From the NCBI GenBank assembly GCA_030390025.1, contig CM059432.1, positions 14,014,001 to 14,078,000 of the forward strand: DNA of 64,000 bases. The letters are read 5' to 3'. Position 1 is the first letter of the stretch. Every line of letters starts with the position of its first letter. The notes under the pieces were generated by a model that searched no databases, was not told where the DNA came from, and saw only the letters and a program-made list of their open reading frames with translations. Below are positions 49,420 to 61,003 of this stretch, in pieces. The stretch is from Squalus acanthias. Its lineage: Eukaryota. Position numbers and translations under genes: made by a program.

Positions 49420-51329
49420 ATTGTAAGAATTGGAGAATTGGACCCAGCGAGTTACAAGGACCAGTCTGCATAACACTCAGCAGTATATTCCTGCACACTA
49501 GAGGTCACTTCAGTTTAACATCATTGCCTGACATTTACATTTTTACTTCAGCGTATTATAGTATTTTACTATGAACTTTATATTTAATTTGCCTGACTGT
49601 AAGTAGGGTGACACTGAAAAGCACTGACACTGACTTGCCAAAACAGCCAGTAATCACAAGGTTGCAATCAATCATGCAAACAGGCTGAGAATCCAATTCT
49701 ACACCAACGATCACCCTTCAATGAAAGTCTCGGAGCTGAAGTTAAAATTAGCTCTGCCTCCCGATAGTATCATAGCCGGTCACAGTCTGGAGTGTAACAA
49801 ATTGATTTACTCCTTTTGAGATGCAAAATGCTTTTCTTTACGCAAAGGAGAATTTTTTTTCTTACAAATGAGTTTATTAAAGGGGTGCCGCCTTCATTAA
49901 AAAATTCTCTGACAAATCTTTTTTTGTGTGGTGGGGGGGGAGGGAGGAGGAAGAGACAAAACAGTCATGTGTCTTTTTTGCCACAACAACATGCACAAGC
50001 GATGCAAGCGAAGTGTTCCCAACACAGTCTATGTCATTGTGCCGTGCATCTGTAAACGGACAAAAAGAAAAGGGTTTGCCAATGCGGAGTGTGCCCTAGT
50101 AAAAGAAGATAATTAATAACGATCTTATGATGCTTTAATATCGTAACTCGCCCCTTCACGCTGCCCAATTATTCCTCCCCTGCTTGACATTTGTGTAAAA
50201 CTGAAAACTGACTTCAAAACTGGGCCGGTCCCTTTTTTAATGTGTGAAAAGGGTTATCGGTAGTTTCCCCCACATGCTCTGGACTCTGCTCCACTTGCTG
50301 CCTGTTGGTGTCAGCGGCAGCTGGTAGGTGCTATTTATGTGGGAAGGGCAAGGCGACGTTTTCTTTTCTGTTACTAGCTCGGGGTCCGCTGGGGCTCTTC
50401 GAGCTATATTCTGACGTGCGGCTGCACTCGGTGGCGAGCAGCCTGCGACAGCTGCCCCGCTGCCTGCAACAGAAGAAACTTTCATTTGCTGAACAAAAGG
50501 CAGAGAGGAGGCTGGCGCCAGTCGCAGGCGCATATGCTGCATAAATTTGCTTGAGAATCTTTCATATGTCCAAATAAGCAGAGAGTGAAATATAGAAAGC
50601 TTCAAGTATATTCCTGGTGCATGCTCGACATGTTTTCCATGGTTTTTTTGGAGGATGAATAGAGAAGAAGCAATGACTGTGGGAAGCCACAGATGGAATC
50701 CTTCATTCTCTCTTGCCTTAGTCATCCTACTCCAGCTGGCACACTTAGCACAGCTGATTTTCCTGGGTATAGCGCCCCAGGAACATCGGAGCGGGAGGTG
50801 CAGCCCAACTGGGACTATGGGCGGAGGACCGTAGTGCCGGGCCTCCGCTCCTATTGGACTACCCACAAGCTTCCTGCCCTCATTCGAAAAGGCCTTCACA
50901 GCACGGGGACAGAAGAAGGCGCAGGTATTCAAATGAATCCGTTTTCTCACGTTCACGATGTCGGGACGACCTGAGGCGCGATTTCCTGCCCCAGCACCGG
51001 TAAAAGGCCGTGTTCTACCTGTCCACATGCAAGTGGGGCGCTAGCCAGAAAATGAAGAGTTTCTTGTGTGCTTGAGGCCTGATTCAGCAAGAATTCTCTG
51101 AGGTACAGGAAGTTTAGTTACTGAGAAAACTTCATTGCTCTGTTGCCGTTCCAGATCTTAAAGGGGCAACGTCTCCCAAATATTTTTGGCTGCAGTGAAG
51201 ACAGGTGTCAAAGCAGCACGATGAAGCCCCCCCTTTGGAATCCCTCTGTATTTGTGCTATCTAAAGAGGAGGAGAATGAGCAGGAGTTTCTTTTCGGAGG
51301 CAACAACAGTAAGACCGCACCAGAGGAGG

Positions 51330-52200
51330 AGAGCATTAGTTTGGAGATACCTAACTGAATGGGTTTATAGGCCCTGCTGGAAATCCCTGGCTCATAGTGA
51401 GGAGCAATGCCTCCAAAGGCTCTGGTTTAGTAGGGAAGCTTGCAGACAGTTGTCACCTGCTGGAACAAGACCATGGTCTAGAGCTTCTACCGCAATGTCT
51501 GCAGCTAATGAAAATTTCCACTGCTCTCAATTTCCACGCCACTGCAGGGGTTCAAGAGGTCATCGGTGACATGGCTTGCATCAGCTACTCGGGAGTGCGT
51601 TGGTGCATCCACCAGGTCATGGTGGCCTTGTTTTCTAGGGCAAAGCAACACATTGTTTTCTCCATGGAGTAGCAAGTACATACCCCTGGCCTCTATCGAC
51701 TTGCTCATGGTACAGGGGGCGAGTGACAGAACTCGTGTGGGTCTGCCCCTTACATGAATTGGAAAGGCTGCTACTCCGTTTAAAATCCAGCTAGCGTGTG
51801 ATCACTGGCACAAAATTGTCCAGGAGAATGCTTTAGGTTCTCCGGCAGCTTGCACCATCCTCAAACAAGCCATCATTCCGCCTTTGTTTGACGAAGGGCA
51901 AGAATTAAAGTGCAGGCTGCTAGGAAACCTTGGCTACCCACTGTTGTCATGGTTAATCACATCTTCGTGGGCTCCATCTAATGATGTAGCGCAGAAATAT
52001 AATGAAGCTCATGATTCCACTTGAGTGATCTTTGAGGACACTATGTGCGTACTGAAGTAGAGGTTCTGATACTTAATTTGCTTCTGGGTGCCCTGCAGTA
52101 TAATCCAGGGAAGGTATCTAGGGTCATTATGACCTGCCATGTGCTCCACAACCGAACAATGCTTCTCATGACAATGTCATTCAGTACAAACCCTGCATTC
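51330..52200 (+). pseudogene. Decayed HARBI1-like transposase spanning the DDE region
   Basis: EEQCLQRLWFSR; KISTALNFHAT...IGDMACISYS.V..CIHQV..ALF; VQGASDRTRV; NWKGCYS; LLGNLGYPLLSWLIT; KYNEAHDST; LQYNPGKVSRVIMTCHVLHN. Confidence 0.85.
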
Positions 52201-53591
52201 TTGATCATCCTCTGTAATAAAAACACCCCTGAAAAATTTATCCACAGTCCCTAACAGTATGTAGCCTACTGGAAAGATCTTAATTCCCAGTAACATCAAA
52301 AGGGTTCTGCACAAAGCACAATCTGCAGCCTACACATTTATTGCACAAACATCTAGTTGTGAGTGTCAACCTAACTCTTTCCAGTACATTACCCTCTGTA
52401 ACAATGGCTGTCTTTTGTGTGTGGTTAACTGGTCTGATGCGTCATATAAGTGGTTCCCCTGAGGCAGGAACGGGGCAGGAAGAAGGCAGCTGTGTGAGGC
52501 TCCAGGACCCAAGATGGTTCAGCCGAGACCTGCCTGCTTTTAGGCTCGTGCGCAGTCAAGAGGGAGATGTTGATAACCGTGGAAGTGGAGCCTTTTGGAG
52601 GAATAGCAGCAACATTCGTAGTCTGTTACAGCCTTCCCCTTCCCTGACCACTCCGCCCATAGGTCCGAGGGCTGTCAGACACCCGTGGTAGAATTGGCCG
52701 GGCACATGACAGACACCATTTCCCACCTTGTTTGAGCTACCTCTTCTGTGAGCCTGTCATGGAGGCTGCCACAGTGCAGCAAGGGTTTGTATTGCAGTAG
52801 TCTGAGCATTCAAGAGAGAACCTAATAATAAGTGTGAGAGGCGGTGCAGCAGATGGTCTGAGAGCGAACACTTCATGGATGTCTGCATGCTTTCACTACT
52901 GTGCCTCAGCACTTCACACTTGCAGGATGTGTACTCCTCCACACTTGTCGGTATGGTGTAGAAGCTACTAGGCTCTGGTGAGCTGTGAGTCAATGACTGC
53001 AACACTTTTGCATGCTCTGAAAGCATTCTTTTTCTAAATGTAGGGCCATGGAGATCTAGATGCAGTACCTGTGCAGATGCTGGAGACGGCGCTCTCCTTT
53101 TTTCCCTTTTCCTGCTCTCCAGTGCTCAGTGTTTCCATCTCTGCATTCTCCTCATGCTCTGTCTCGGGATATAACTGGGCTTCTGCACGCCAAGTTGTGG
53201 AATTGTAACGGGGAGCTCGATAAGCTGCTTCCTGCAGGTTCATGGAGAGTCTGGCCTCTGATTGCCCTGCCGTTCCTCTGAAGGTATAAAGAGGGGCAAC
53301 AATAAAGGAATGTGTACTCATAGGCTTCATCATCACTCTCATCTGCATGGGGAAGCCCTGAAAGTTGACACTTTCAGACATATTGACCAGGATTGGGAAG
53401 GAAGGAAAGAGAACAACAAGCTCTCAGAGAAGACATGCTCACCTGTTTCATCATCTCCTGCCACCTTTCTCAACTCTCACCGCCCTTTGCTTAGACTTTC
53501 TGAACTGTAGCAGGCCCTCCTCCAGTAGCTGTGGCCTGCCTCTTGTTAAATTCTGCCTCCCCCTGCACAGACATATAAAACTTCTATGACA

Positions 53592-53898
53592 ATAACAACA
53601 ACATCTTGAATTTATATAGCGCCTTTACTGTAGTAAAATGTCTCAAGGCGTTTCACAAAATTTGACACCGAGCCACAGAAGGAGATATTAGGGCAGCTGA
53701 CCAAAAGCTTGGTCAATGAGGTAGGTTTTAAGGAGCGTCTTAAAGGAGGAAAGAGAGGTAGAGAGGTGGAGAGGTTTAGGGAGGGAATTCCAGAGCTTAG
53801 GGCTTTGGCAACTGAAGGCACAGGCCACCAATGGTGATGCGGTTAAAATTTGGGATGCTCAAGAGGCCAGAATTAGAGGAACACCGATATCTCAAGGG
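53592..53898 (-). mobile_element. L2 LINE 3' end
   Basis: WNSLP...FKTLLKTYL-like text; tail AAGGCGCTATATAAAT..(GTT)n shared with the DeuSINE. Confidence 0.75.
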
Positions 53899-54113
53899 TT
53901 ATAACTTACTCTAATACCGTATACAACATTAGAACTCCCTTTACCTTGGAATTCAAAAGGAGTTACAAACACTGCGAAGGTGGTCTAATTGATCTCTGCA
54001 TTGGATCCTTGCAGATACTTGTGTGAGTGTGATTTGTGACAAGTGAGTCAATCCTCATTGTGCATGAGCTGTACCAGCCTTACCAGCTGCTTTAGCTGGA
54101 TTATTAAATTGAG

Positions 54114-55050
54114 GTTTTTTTTATTTGTTTATGGGATGTGGGCGTCGCTGGCAAGGCCAGCATTTATTGCCCATCCCTAATTGCCCTTGAGAAGGTGGTG
54201 GTGAGCCGTCTTCTTGAACTGCTGCAGTCCGTGTGGTGAAGATGCTCCCACAGTGCTGTTAGGGAGGGAGTTCCAGGATTTTGACCCAGCGACGATGAAG
54301 GATCGGCGATATACTTCTAAGTCAGGATGGTGTGTGACTTGGAGGGGAACTTGGAGGTGGTGGTGTTCCCATGCGTCTGCTGCCCTTGTCCTTCTAGATG
54401 AAGTGTTCGTGGGTTTGGGAGGTGCTGCCGAAGAAGCCTTGGCGAGTTGCTGCAGTGCATCTTGTAGATGGTATACACTGCAGCCACGGTATGCCAGTGG
54501 TGGAGGGAGTGAATGTTGAAGGTGGTAGATGGGGTACCAATCAAGCTTCTTGAGTGTTGTTGGAGCTGCACTCATCCAGGCAAGTGGAGAGTATTCCATC
54601 ATACTCCTTACTTGTGTCTTGTAGATAGTGGAAAGGCTTTGGGGAGTCAGGCTTTGGTGAGACACTTGCTGCAGAATACCCAGCCTCTGACCTGCTCTTG
54701 TTGCCACTGTATTTATGTGGCTAGTCCAGTTAAGTTTCTGGTCAATGGTGACCCCCAGGATGTTGATGGTGGGGGATTCGGTGATGGTAATGCCGTTGAA
54801 TGTCAAGGGGAGGTGGTTAGACTCTCGCTTGTTGGCGATAGTCATTGCCTGGCACTTCTGTGGCGCGAATGTTACCTACCACTTATCAGCCCAAGCCTGA
54901 ACGTCGTCCAGGTCTTGTTGCATGCAGGCATGGACTGCTTCATTATCTGAGGAGTTGTGAATGGCACTGAGCACTGTGCAGTCATCAGCGAACATCCCCA
55001 CTTCTGACCTTATGTTGGAGGGAAGGTCATTGATGAAGCAGTTGAAGATA
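54114..55050 (-). mobile_element. LINE family B 3' part
   Basis: FINDLPSNIRSEVGMFADDCTV...QAWADKW and downstream ORF. Confidence 0.92.
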
Positions 55051-55384
55051 GTAATAGGAAACACCAGCTAGTTGCCAGTTTGCGAGCTTGTAAAACCTGG
55101 CACGGTGTTGCTGCTGTTGAGGGGCTCAGCCACCTCTTGCAATACTCTGGCCGTCATACCCCTCCTTCAATGGTAGGGAAATAGGGCATCCCTCCTCTGC
55201 TGTACTTCCTGCAGCAGCTGCTCGGTGGCCTTGTCATCAGATCACACTGTGTATCTGTGACCAGCTCTCTTCTCAGGCATGCTGACAGATTATGCACTTA
55301 TTCTTATTGTTGCCACAAAATCTTGCTCCTTTGCGCCTCCACTTTAACAATCATCTTCTCAGAAGCACACCAGAATATTTATTA

Positions 55385-55732
55385 CATAGAATTTACAACA
55401 CAGAAACAGGCCATTCAGCCCAACTGGTCTATGCCAGTGGTAACGCTCCATGAGCCTACTTCCATCCTACTTCATCCAACTTATCAGCAAAAATTTCTAG
55501 TCCTTTCTCCCTATGTATCTATGCTATTCACCTCAACTGCTCCATGTGAGTTCCACATTCTAACCACTCTCTAGGTAAAGAAGTTTCTCCTGAATTACCT
55601 ATTAGATTTATTAGTAACTATCTTATATGTATGACCCCTAGTTTTGGATTCCCCCACAAGCAGAGACATTTTCTCTACTTCTACCCTTTATAATTTTAAA
55701 GACCTCTATTTGGTTGCCCCTCAGTCTTCTCT
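55385..55732 (-). mobile_element. Old CR1 3' fragment
   Basis: CATAGAATTTACAACACAGAAACAGGCCATTCAGCCC tail; RRNFFT.RVVRMWNS on minus. Confidence 0.7.
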
Positions 55733-55984
55733 TATCCGCAAGTTGTAGGTGTCCACAGGCTCAAGTTTTCCTGTTCAGTCCAGAGGCTCTCCCACGGCCC
55801 TTTAATGCTCCAGCCCCTTTAAGCAGCAATACTTCAATTTCCTGTTCCCTCATGACTGCACCCAATAGGAGATCTTTTGCCCACATGACACCCACGAGAT
55901 GAAAATTAGCCCGGTAAGTGATGTCAGGTACAGTGCTATTCCAGTGCGTTGCCCATGCATCTCAATGGGCCCCAGCAAATTTGA

Positions 55985-56894
55985 GCACAGAAATGGGGAT
56001 GTTCGCTGATGACTGCACAATGTTCAGCGCCATTCACAACTCCTCAGATAATGAAGCTGTCCATGCCCGCATGCAACAAGAACTGGACAACGTTCAGGCT
56101 TGGGCTGATAAGTGGCAGGTAACATTCGCGCCACAGAAGTGCCAGGCAATGACTATCTCCAACAAGCGAGAGTCTAACCACCTCCCCATGACATTCAACG
56201 GCAATACCATCGCCGAATCCCCCACCATCAACATCCTGGGGGTCACCATTGACCAGAAACTTAACTGGACCAGCCACATAAATACTGTGGCCAAGAGCTA
56301 GGTATTCTGCAGCGAGTGTCTCACCTCCTGTCTCCCCAAAGCCTTTCCACCATCTACAAGGCACAAGTAAGGAGTGTGATGGAATACTCTCCACTTGCCT
56401 GGATGAATGCAGCTACAACAACACTCAAGAAGCTCGACACCATCCAGGACAAAGCAGCCCACTTGATTGGCACCCCATCCACCACCTTAAACATTCACTC
56501 CCTCCACCACCGGCGCACCGTGGCTGCAGTGTGTACCATCTACAAGATGCACTGCAGCAACTCGCCAAGGCTTCTTCGACAGCACCTCCCAAACCCACGA
56601 CCTCTTCCACCTAGAAGGACAAGGGCAGCAGGCGCATGGGAACACCACCACCTCCAAGTTCCCCTCCAAGTCACACACCAGCCTGACTTGGAAGTATATC
56701 GCCGATCCTTCATCGTTGCTGGGTCAAAATCCTGGAACTCCCTCCCTAACAGCACTGTGGGAGTTCCTTCACCACACAGACTGCAGCGGTTCAAGAAGAC
56801 GGCTCACCACCACCTTCTCAAGGGCAATTAGGGATGGGCAATAAATGCTGGCCCTGCCAGCGATGCCCAGATCCCATGAACGAATAAAAAAAAA
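55985..56894 (+). mobile_element. LINE family B 3' part
   Basis: MFADDCTM...QAWADKWQVTFAPQKC...; poly(A) end. Confidence 0.92.
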
Positions 56895-56937
56895 CATGGT
56901 TCAGCTTCCCATACTTGCTCCTGCTTTACTATTTTAA

Positions 56938-57309
56938 TCATGATGCGGAGATGCCGGTGTTGGACTGGGGTGGACAAAAGTGAGAGGTCACACAACACCA
57001 GGTTATAGTCCAACAGCTTTATTTGAAATCACAAGCTTTTGGAGCACTGCTCCTTCATCAGGTGAAGTGAAGAAATACATATGGGCACGGCATATATAGT
57101 CAGAGAACACTGCCAGACGACTACAGTTAATCTTTCTAACTGCAATTCGAAAGATTAACTGTAGTTGTCTGGCAGTGTTCTCTGACTATATATGCCGTGC
57201 CCATATGTATTTCTTCACTACACCTGACAAAGGAGCAGCACTCCGAAAGCTTGTGATTTCAAATAAAGCTGTTGGACTATAACCTGGTGTTGTGCGACCT
57301 CTTACTTTT
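56938..57309 (-). mobile_element. Penelope-like (P1) insertion: inverted pLTR pair plus tail
   Basis: Arms 56976-57136 and 57149-57309 with a 12-nt spacer; tail is the reverse complement of 38147-38189. Confidence 0.8.
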
Positions 57310-57815
57310 TTAATGATAGCAGTGCGTAATGATTTTTTATTCAAAAGAGCAAATGGTGATGGTAGTGTAGGGATAATTAACACGTTCATATGATGTTCCT
57401 CCATGCTTTATTTTAACAGATGGTGATAACACATTTACTTTGATTTATTGAAGTCCATACAACTACTTTTATTTTCATGTTTATCTTACCTGTAGCACTA
57501 CCAGGAGAAATTATTCTTGGCCTGAAAGGCAGAATTTTAGTGGGCTCCAAAATAATTTGTCAAAAATCTAAACTTTCTTGGCCACATCCCCAGATCCTCC
57601 TAGATAATAACCCTCAAACCTGCAGCACTCACAGGCCCCCTTCAGTAATTTTGAACTTTTACCATTGCGGCAAACTGCGCTTCTATGCACTTCAGCATTT
57701 GTTTCGCTACGATTAAAGGTGATCACATATTGGGTACATCGGCAGCGAAAGTCATCACCTGCCCACATCCCACTACACTTTCAGTGCAACTCTTCATCTT
57801 CCTGTGTCACAATCT

Positions 57816-57953
57816 ATAGAATCATAGAATCATACAGCACAGAAGGAGGCCATTCGACCCATCCTGCCTGTGCCGGCTCTTTGGTAGCGCTATCCAGTTA
57901 GTCCCACTCCCCCTGTTCTTTCCACGTAGACCTGCAATTTTCTCCCCTTCAAG
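57816..57953 (-). mobile_element. CR1 3' tail fragment
   Basis: TAGAATCATAGAATCATACAGCACAGAAGGAGGCCATTCG. Confidence 0.85.
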
Positions 57954-58734
57954 CCTCATTTCGAGGGTTATTTTTGAGCTGTTCGTTTTTCGAAGGCTGG
58001 GTCAGCTTTTCTAAAGCTGTTGATCAGCTCTTGCCGGTTTTTTTTAGAGTGGTTTATTTGCCCAGGTTTTAATCAACTCCTCACCCTGCAATTAGAATCT
58101 TGCGTGGCTCAAGCGCATCGATAACATGCATTATTCAAATCGCCTCCACTGGGTCAAAGGTAAAGTCCTGAATAGATGTTATGATGCAGCTGCCTGGTGG
58201 GTTTGTGAGCTGTGAGCTTTTTAATGAGCCAGTCGCTGGACAGGAAACCTTACAGTGTGGCTCCATGTTTTCTGACATGAACAGTTAAAGCCCCTTTACT
58301 CTCATCAGAGCCCCATTCATAGGTGGCCTTCAGATAATTTGTCATCTCAGTGGGCGCAGTAGCCAAGGATAATTCCATGCTGTAAAATTAAAGAGAGACT
58401 CGTTTGTGAACAAGTATAAATAAAATGAGCTGCGAATCCGTGCTGATGGCATCAACGCTGATCAGAATTAAGACTCTTCACTTGACCTCTTGAAATTTGC
58501 CCTCAGGGGGAGATATAAAACAGCAAATTGGGATTGCAGCAATCTTCACTGATGAGTATTAAGCAGGCGACAGAGTTGCTTAACTTTTCTGTTATTACAA
58601 GCTCTTTAACAGCTCTCTTAAATAATTAAAACACATTCCCTTAATTATTTGAAATTATTTCAGTGTTTTTGGAAACAAACTATTTACCATTATGCACAGA
58701 TTACTTTGTTTCTCTTTTTCTACATTTGTTTTAA

Positions 58735-59182
58735 GATGTGGGCGATGGTGGCAGTACTGCATTTATTGCCTGAGTAATAGGTGGTCGGCCTTTTCATGAA
58801 CTGCTGCAGTCCATGTCGGGATGGTGCTTCCACCTTGGTGCTAGGATTAGGGATGGGCAATAAATGCTGGCCTTGCCAGCGACGCCCAGATCCCATAAGC
58901 GAATTTAAAAAAAGGATTGCTTTTACAACTGGTTGGCTTGCTAGGCCACTTCAAAGGGTATTAAGAGTCAACAATGTGGTAGGGGATTGGATTCAAATGC
59001 AACATGACTGTATAGGGGTGGCAGGCTCTCTTCCCTGAGGAACATTGGCGAATCATGTGGTATTTTTTCTGGAGCCAGCCCACAAATTGCCAGATTTACA
59101 GAACTCAATTTCACAGCTTGCCATGGTGAGATTTAAACTCATCTGGGTTGCTAGCCCATGACCATAACCACTACACTACCAT
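58735..59182 (-). mobile_element. Degenerate SINE S1 with an antisense LINE B/S1 tail inside (58848-58913)
   Basis: Residual similarity to 43797-44252. Confidence 0.55.
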
Positions 59183-59223
59183 AACTTTTATATTGATGGA
59201 GTGTCGTCAACTGGAGTCACATG

Positions 59224-59965
59224 GGGGGACAAATTTGTTAGAGACCATTTTGGGTCGTTAACATCGCCTGGGTGCTAAATTTAGCGGCAGGCGAAAAATA
59301 GCGCCGGCGATCGCTAACTTCAGTTTTAGGGAGGTGGAGCTAATTCAAGCGCTCCACTTCCTTCTTAGAGCGCTAACCCCGAATATCGGGGCGGTGCGTT
59401 CTGCAGCGCTACGCACTGGGCCACATAGCACTGCCACATGGACGGGCTCTTCCCCTCATTAAAGGGGAGGGCCCAAGCCCACAACTCTGCGGGGCCCTAC
59501 CTGGACCACCGGGGAGCAGGGTGCCGTGCCAGCAGCCCAGCACTCAAGAGGAGTGCCGAGCTGCCAGATCGCGGTACGGACCCCGCGTTCAAAGACGCAA
59601 CATGCCGCGACAAGTAAGTCGGCTGATTTTTTATTTCCCTGCCCGCCACCAGCCTTTTAGTCAGCGCCCCGTGAGCCTCCTGCCGCTCCGTTCCTGCTCC
59701 CTGAATCGGTCACCGTCATCGCCCGGCGCAGATTCAGGGGGCGCAGGCCAATTTTGCAGGCGAGGCGAAAACGTGGCGCTGCGCACAGTGAGTACGTCGT
59801 CATCACCTGCGCAGTGGAGTGCTACCAGTTACTGCCGCCTCTAAACTCCCGTCAAATTTAACGGGAGTCGTTAGCGTTGCTGCGCCCGGGCGAAAAGTCG
59901 TTTGCGCCCCGTTAGCGCCCCCGGGGGCGTTAACGAGAGGTGCAAATGCACCAAATTTCTAGCCC
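59224..59965. mobile_element. Harbinger-type MITE, CpG/GCGC-rich
   Basis: Imperfect TIR GGGGGACAAATTTG...CAAATTTCTAGCCC, TSD ATG at 59221-59223 and 59966-59968; subterminal text like 9658-10516. Confidence 0.75.
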
Positions 59966-60049
59966 ATGGCTCTTCTGCGGTAGACATCACTCTTTAATCT
60001 AAATGTTCCAAACTCTGAGACACCCAATGGCAATAGAGCCTCCCACTTT

Positions 60050-60872
60050 GGTGCAGGACAGGACTCGGGCAGCAATGCTTTGGATGAGTTGAAGTTTATG
60101 GAAGATGGAGGACAGGAGGCCAGCCAGGAGAGCATTGGCACAGTCGAGTCTGGCAGTGACAAAGGCCTGGATGAGGATTTCAGCAGCAGATGGGCTGAGG
60201 GAGGGGCAGAGGCGGGCAACTTTTTGTAAGTGGAAGAAAGCGGTCCTTGTGATGGAGAGGATATGGGGTCGTAGGGTCAGCTCGAGGACACATTCAAAAG
60301 AGCAAATAGACCAACCGATGATGGTACTGCACGGATAATTAACACGTTGCAAACAGTTTGGCTCAGTCTCCGATAATAGCCAGGAAAGGGGATAGAATCG
60401 ATAGCAAGGGTATGGAGTTTGATGTGGACACCAAAGATGATGGCTTCAGTTTTCCCAATGATTAACTGGAGAAAATTGCAGCTCATCCAAAACTGTATGT
60501 CGGACAAGCAGTGGGACAACACAGAGGCAGTGGAAGGAGTGAGGTGGTGGAGAGGTAGAGCTGTGTGTACATGTAAAAGCTGACCCTGTGTCTGCAGATG
60601 ATATTACCAAGGGGCAGCATGCCGATTAGGAAGAGGAGGAGGTCAAAGATAGTTTCTTTGGGGAATCCAGAGGTCATGGTGTGGGGGCAGGAAGAGAAAC
60701 CATTGCTGGAGAAGCTCTGGCTATGATTGGATAGGCTAGATTGAAACCAGACAAGAGCAGTCCCACGGAGCTGGACAATGGAGGAGAGGCATTGGAGGAG
60801 GGTGTGGGCAACTGCATCAGAGGATGTAGAGAGGTCGAGAAGGATGAAGAGGGATAATGCTACACAGTCACA
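60050..60872 (-). mobile_element. L2 LINE RT relic
   Basis: ILLDLSTSSDAVAH..LQCL....GTALVWFQSSLSN.SQ; LFLI.MLPLGNII; TQLYLS; LIQAFVTARLDCANALLAGL; KLQLIQ. Confidence 0.85.
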
Positions 60873-61003
60873 GTCATGATCTTTGTTTAAGTACCCCTCC
60901 ACTGGTATCACTTTATACTATGTCAAAAGGATATAAAGCTCTTCAGGCCTGATACTGGACATGCGCCACATGATCCCTTTCTCACCCTCCCTCCCCATCA
61001 GTA

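Larger units (their letters stand above)
52430..55280 (-). pseudogene. Decayed Harbinger Myb/SANT-like gene
   Basis: Minus strand from 55280: MPEKRAG...SDDKATEQLLQEVQQRRDALFP...LQEVAEPLNS; second exon after TGTGCAG near 53563 with ATGGGP; 3' end approximate. Confidence 0.55.
50973..55911. mobile_element. Older PIF/Harbinger relic H2 with convergent nuclease (+) and Myb (-) genes and nested L2/LINE B/CR1
   Basis: Nuclease and Myb remnants listed below; right terminus GAAAATTAGCCC; left terminus tentative. Confidence 0.6.
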
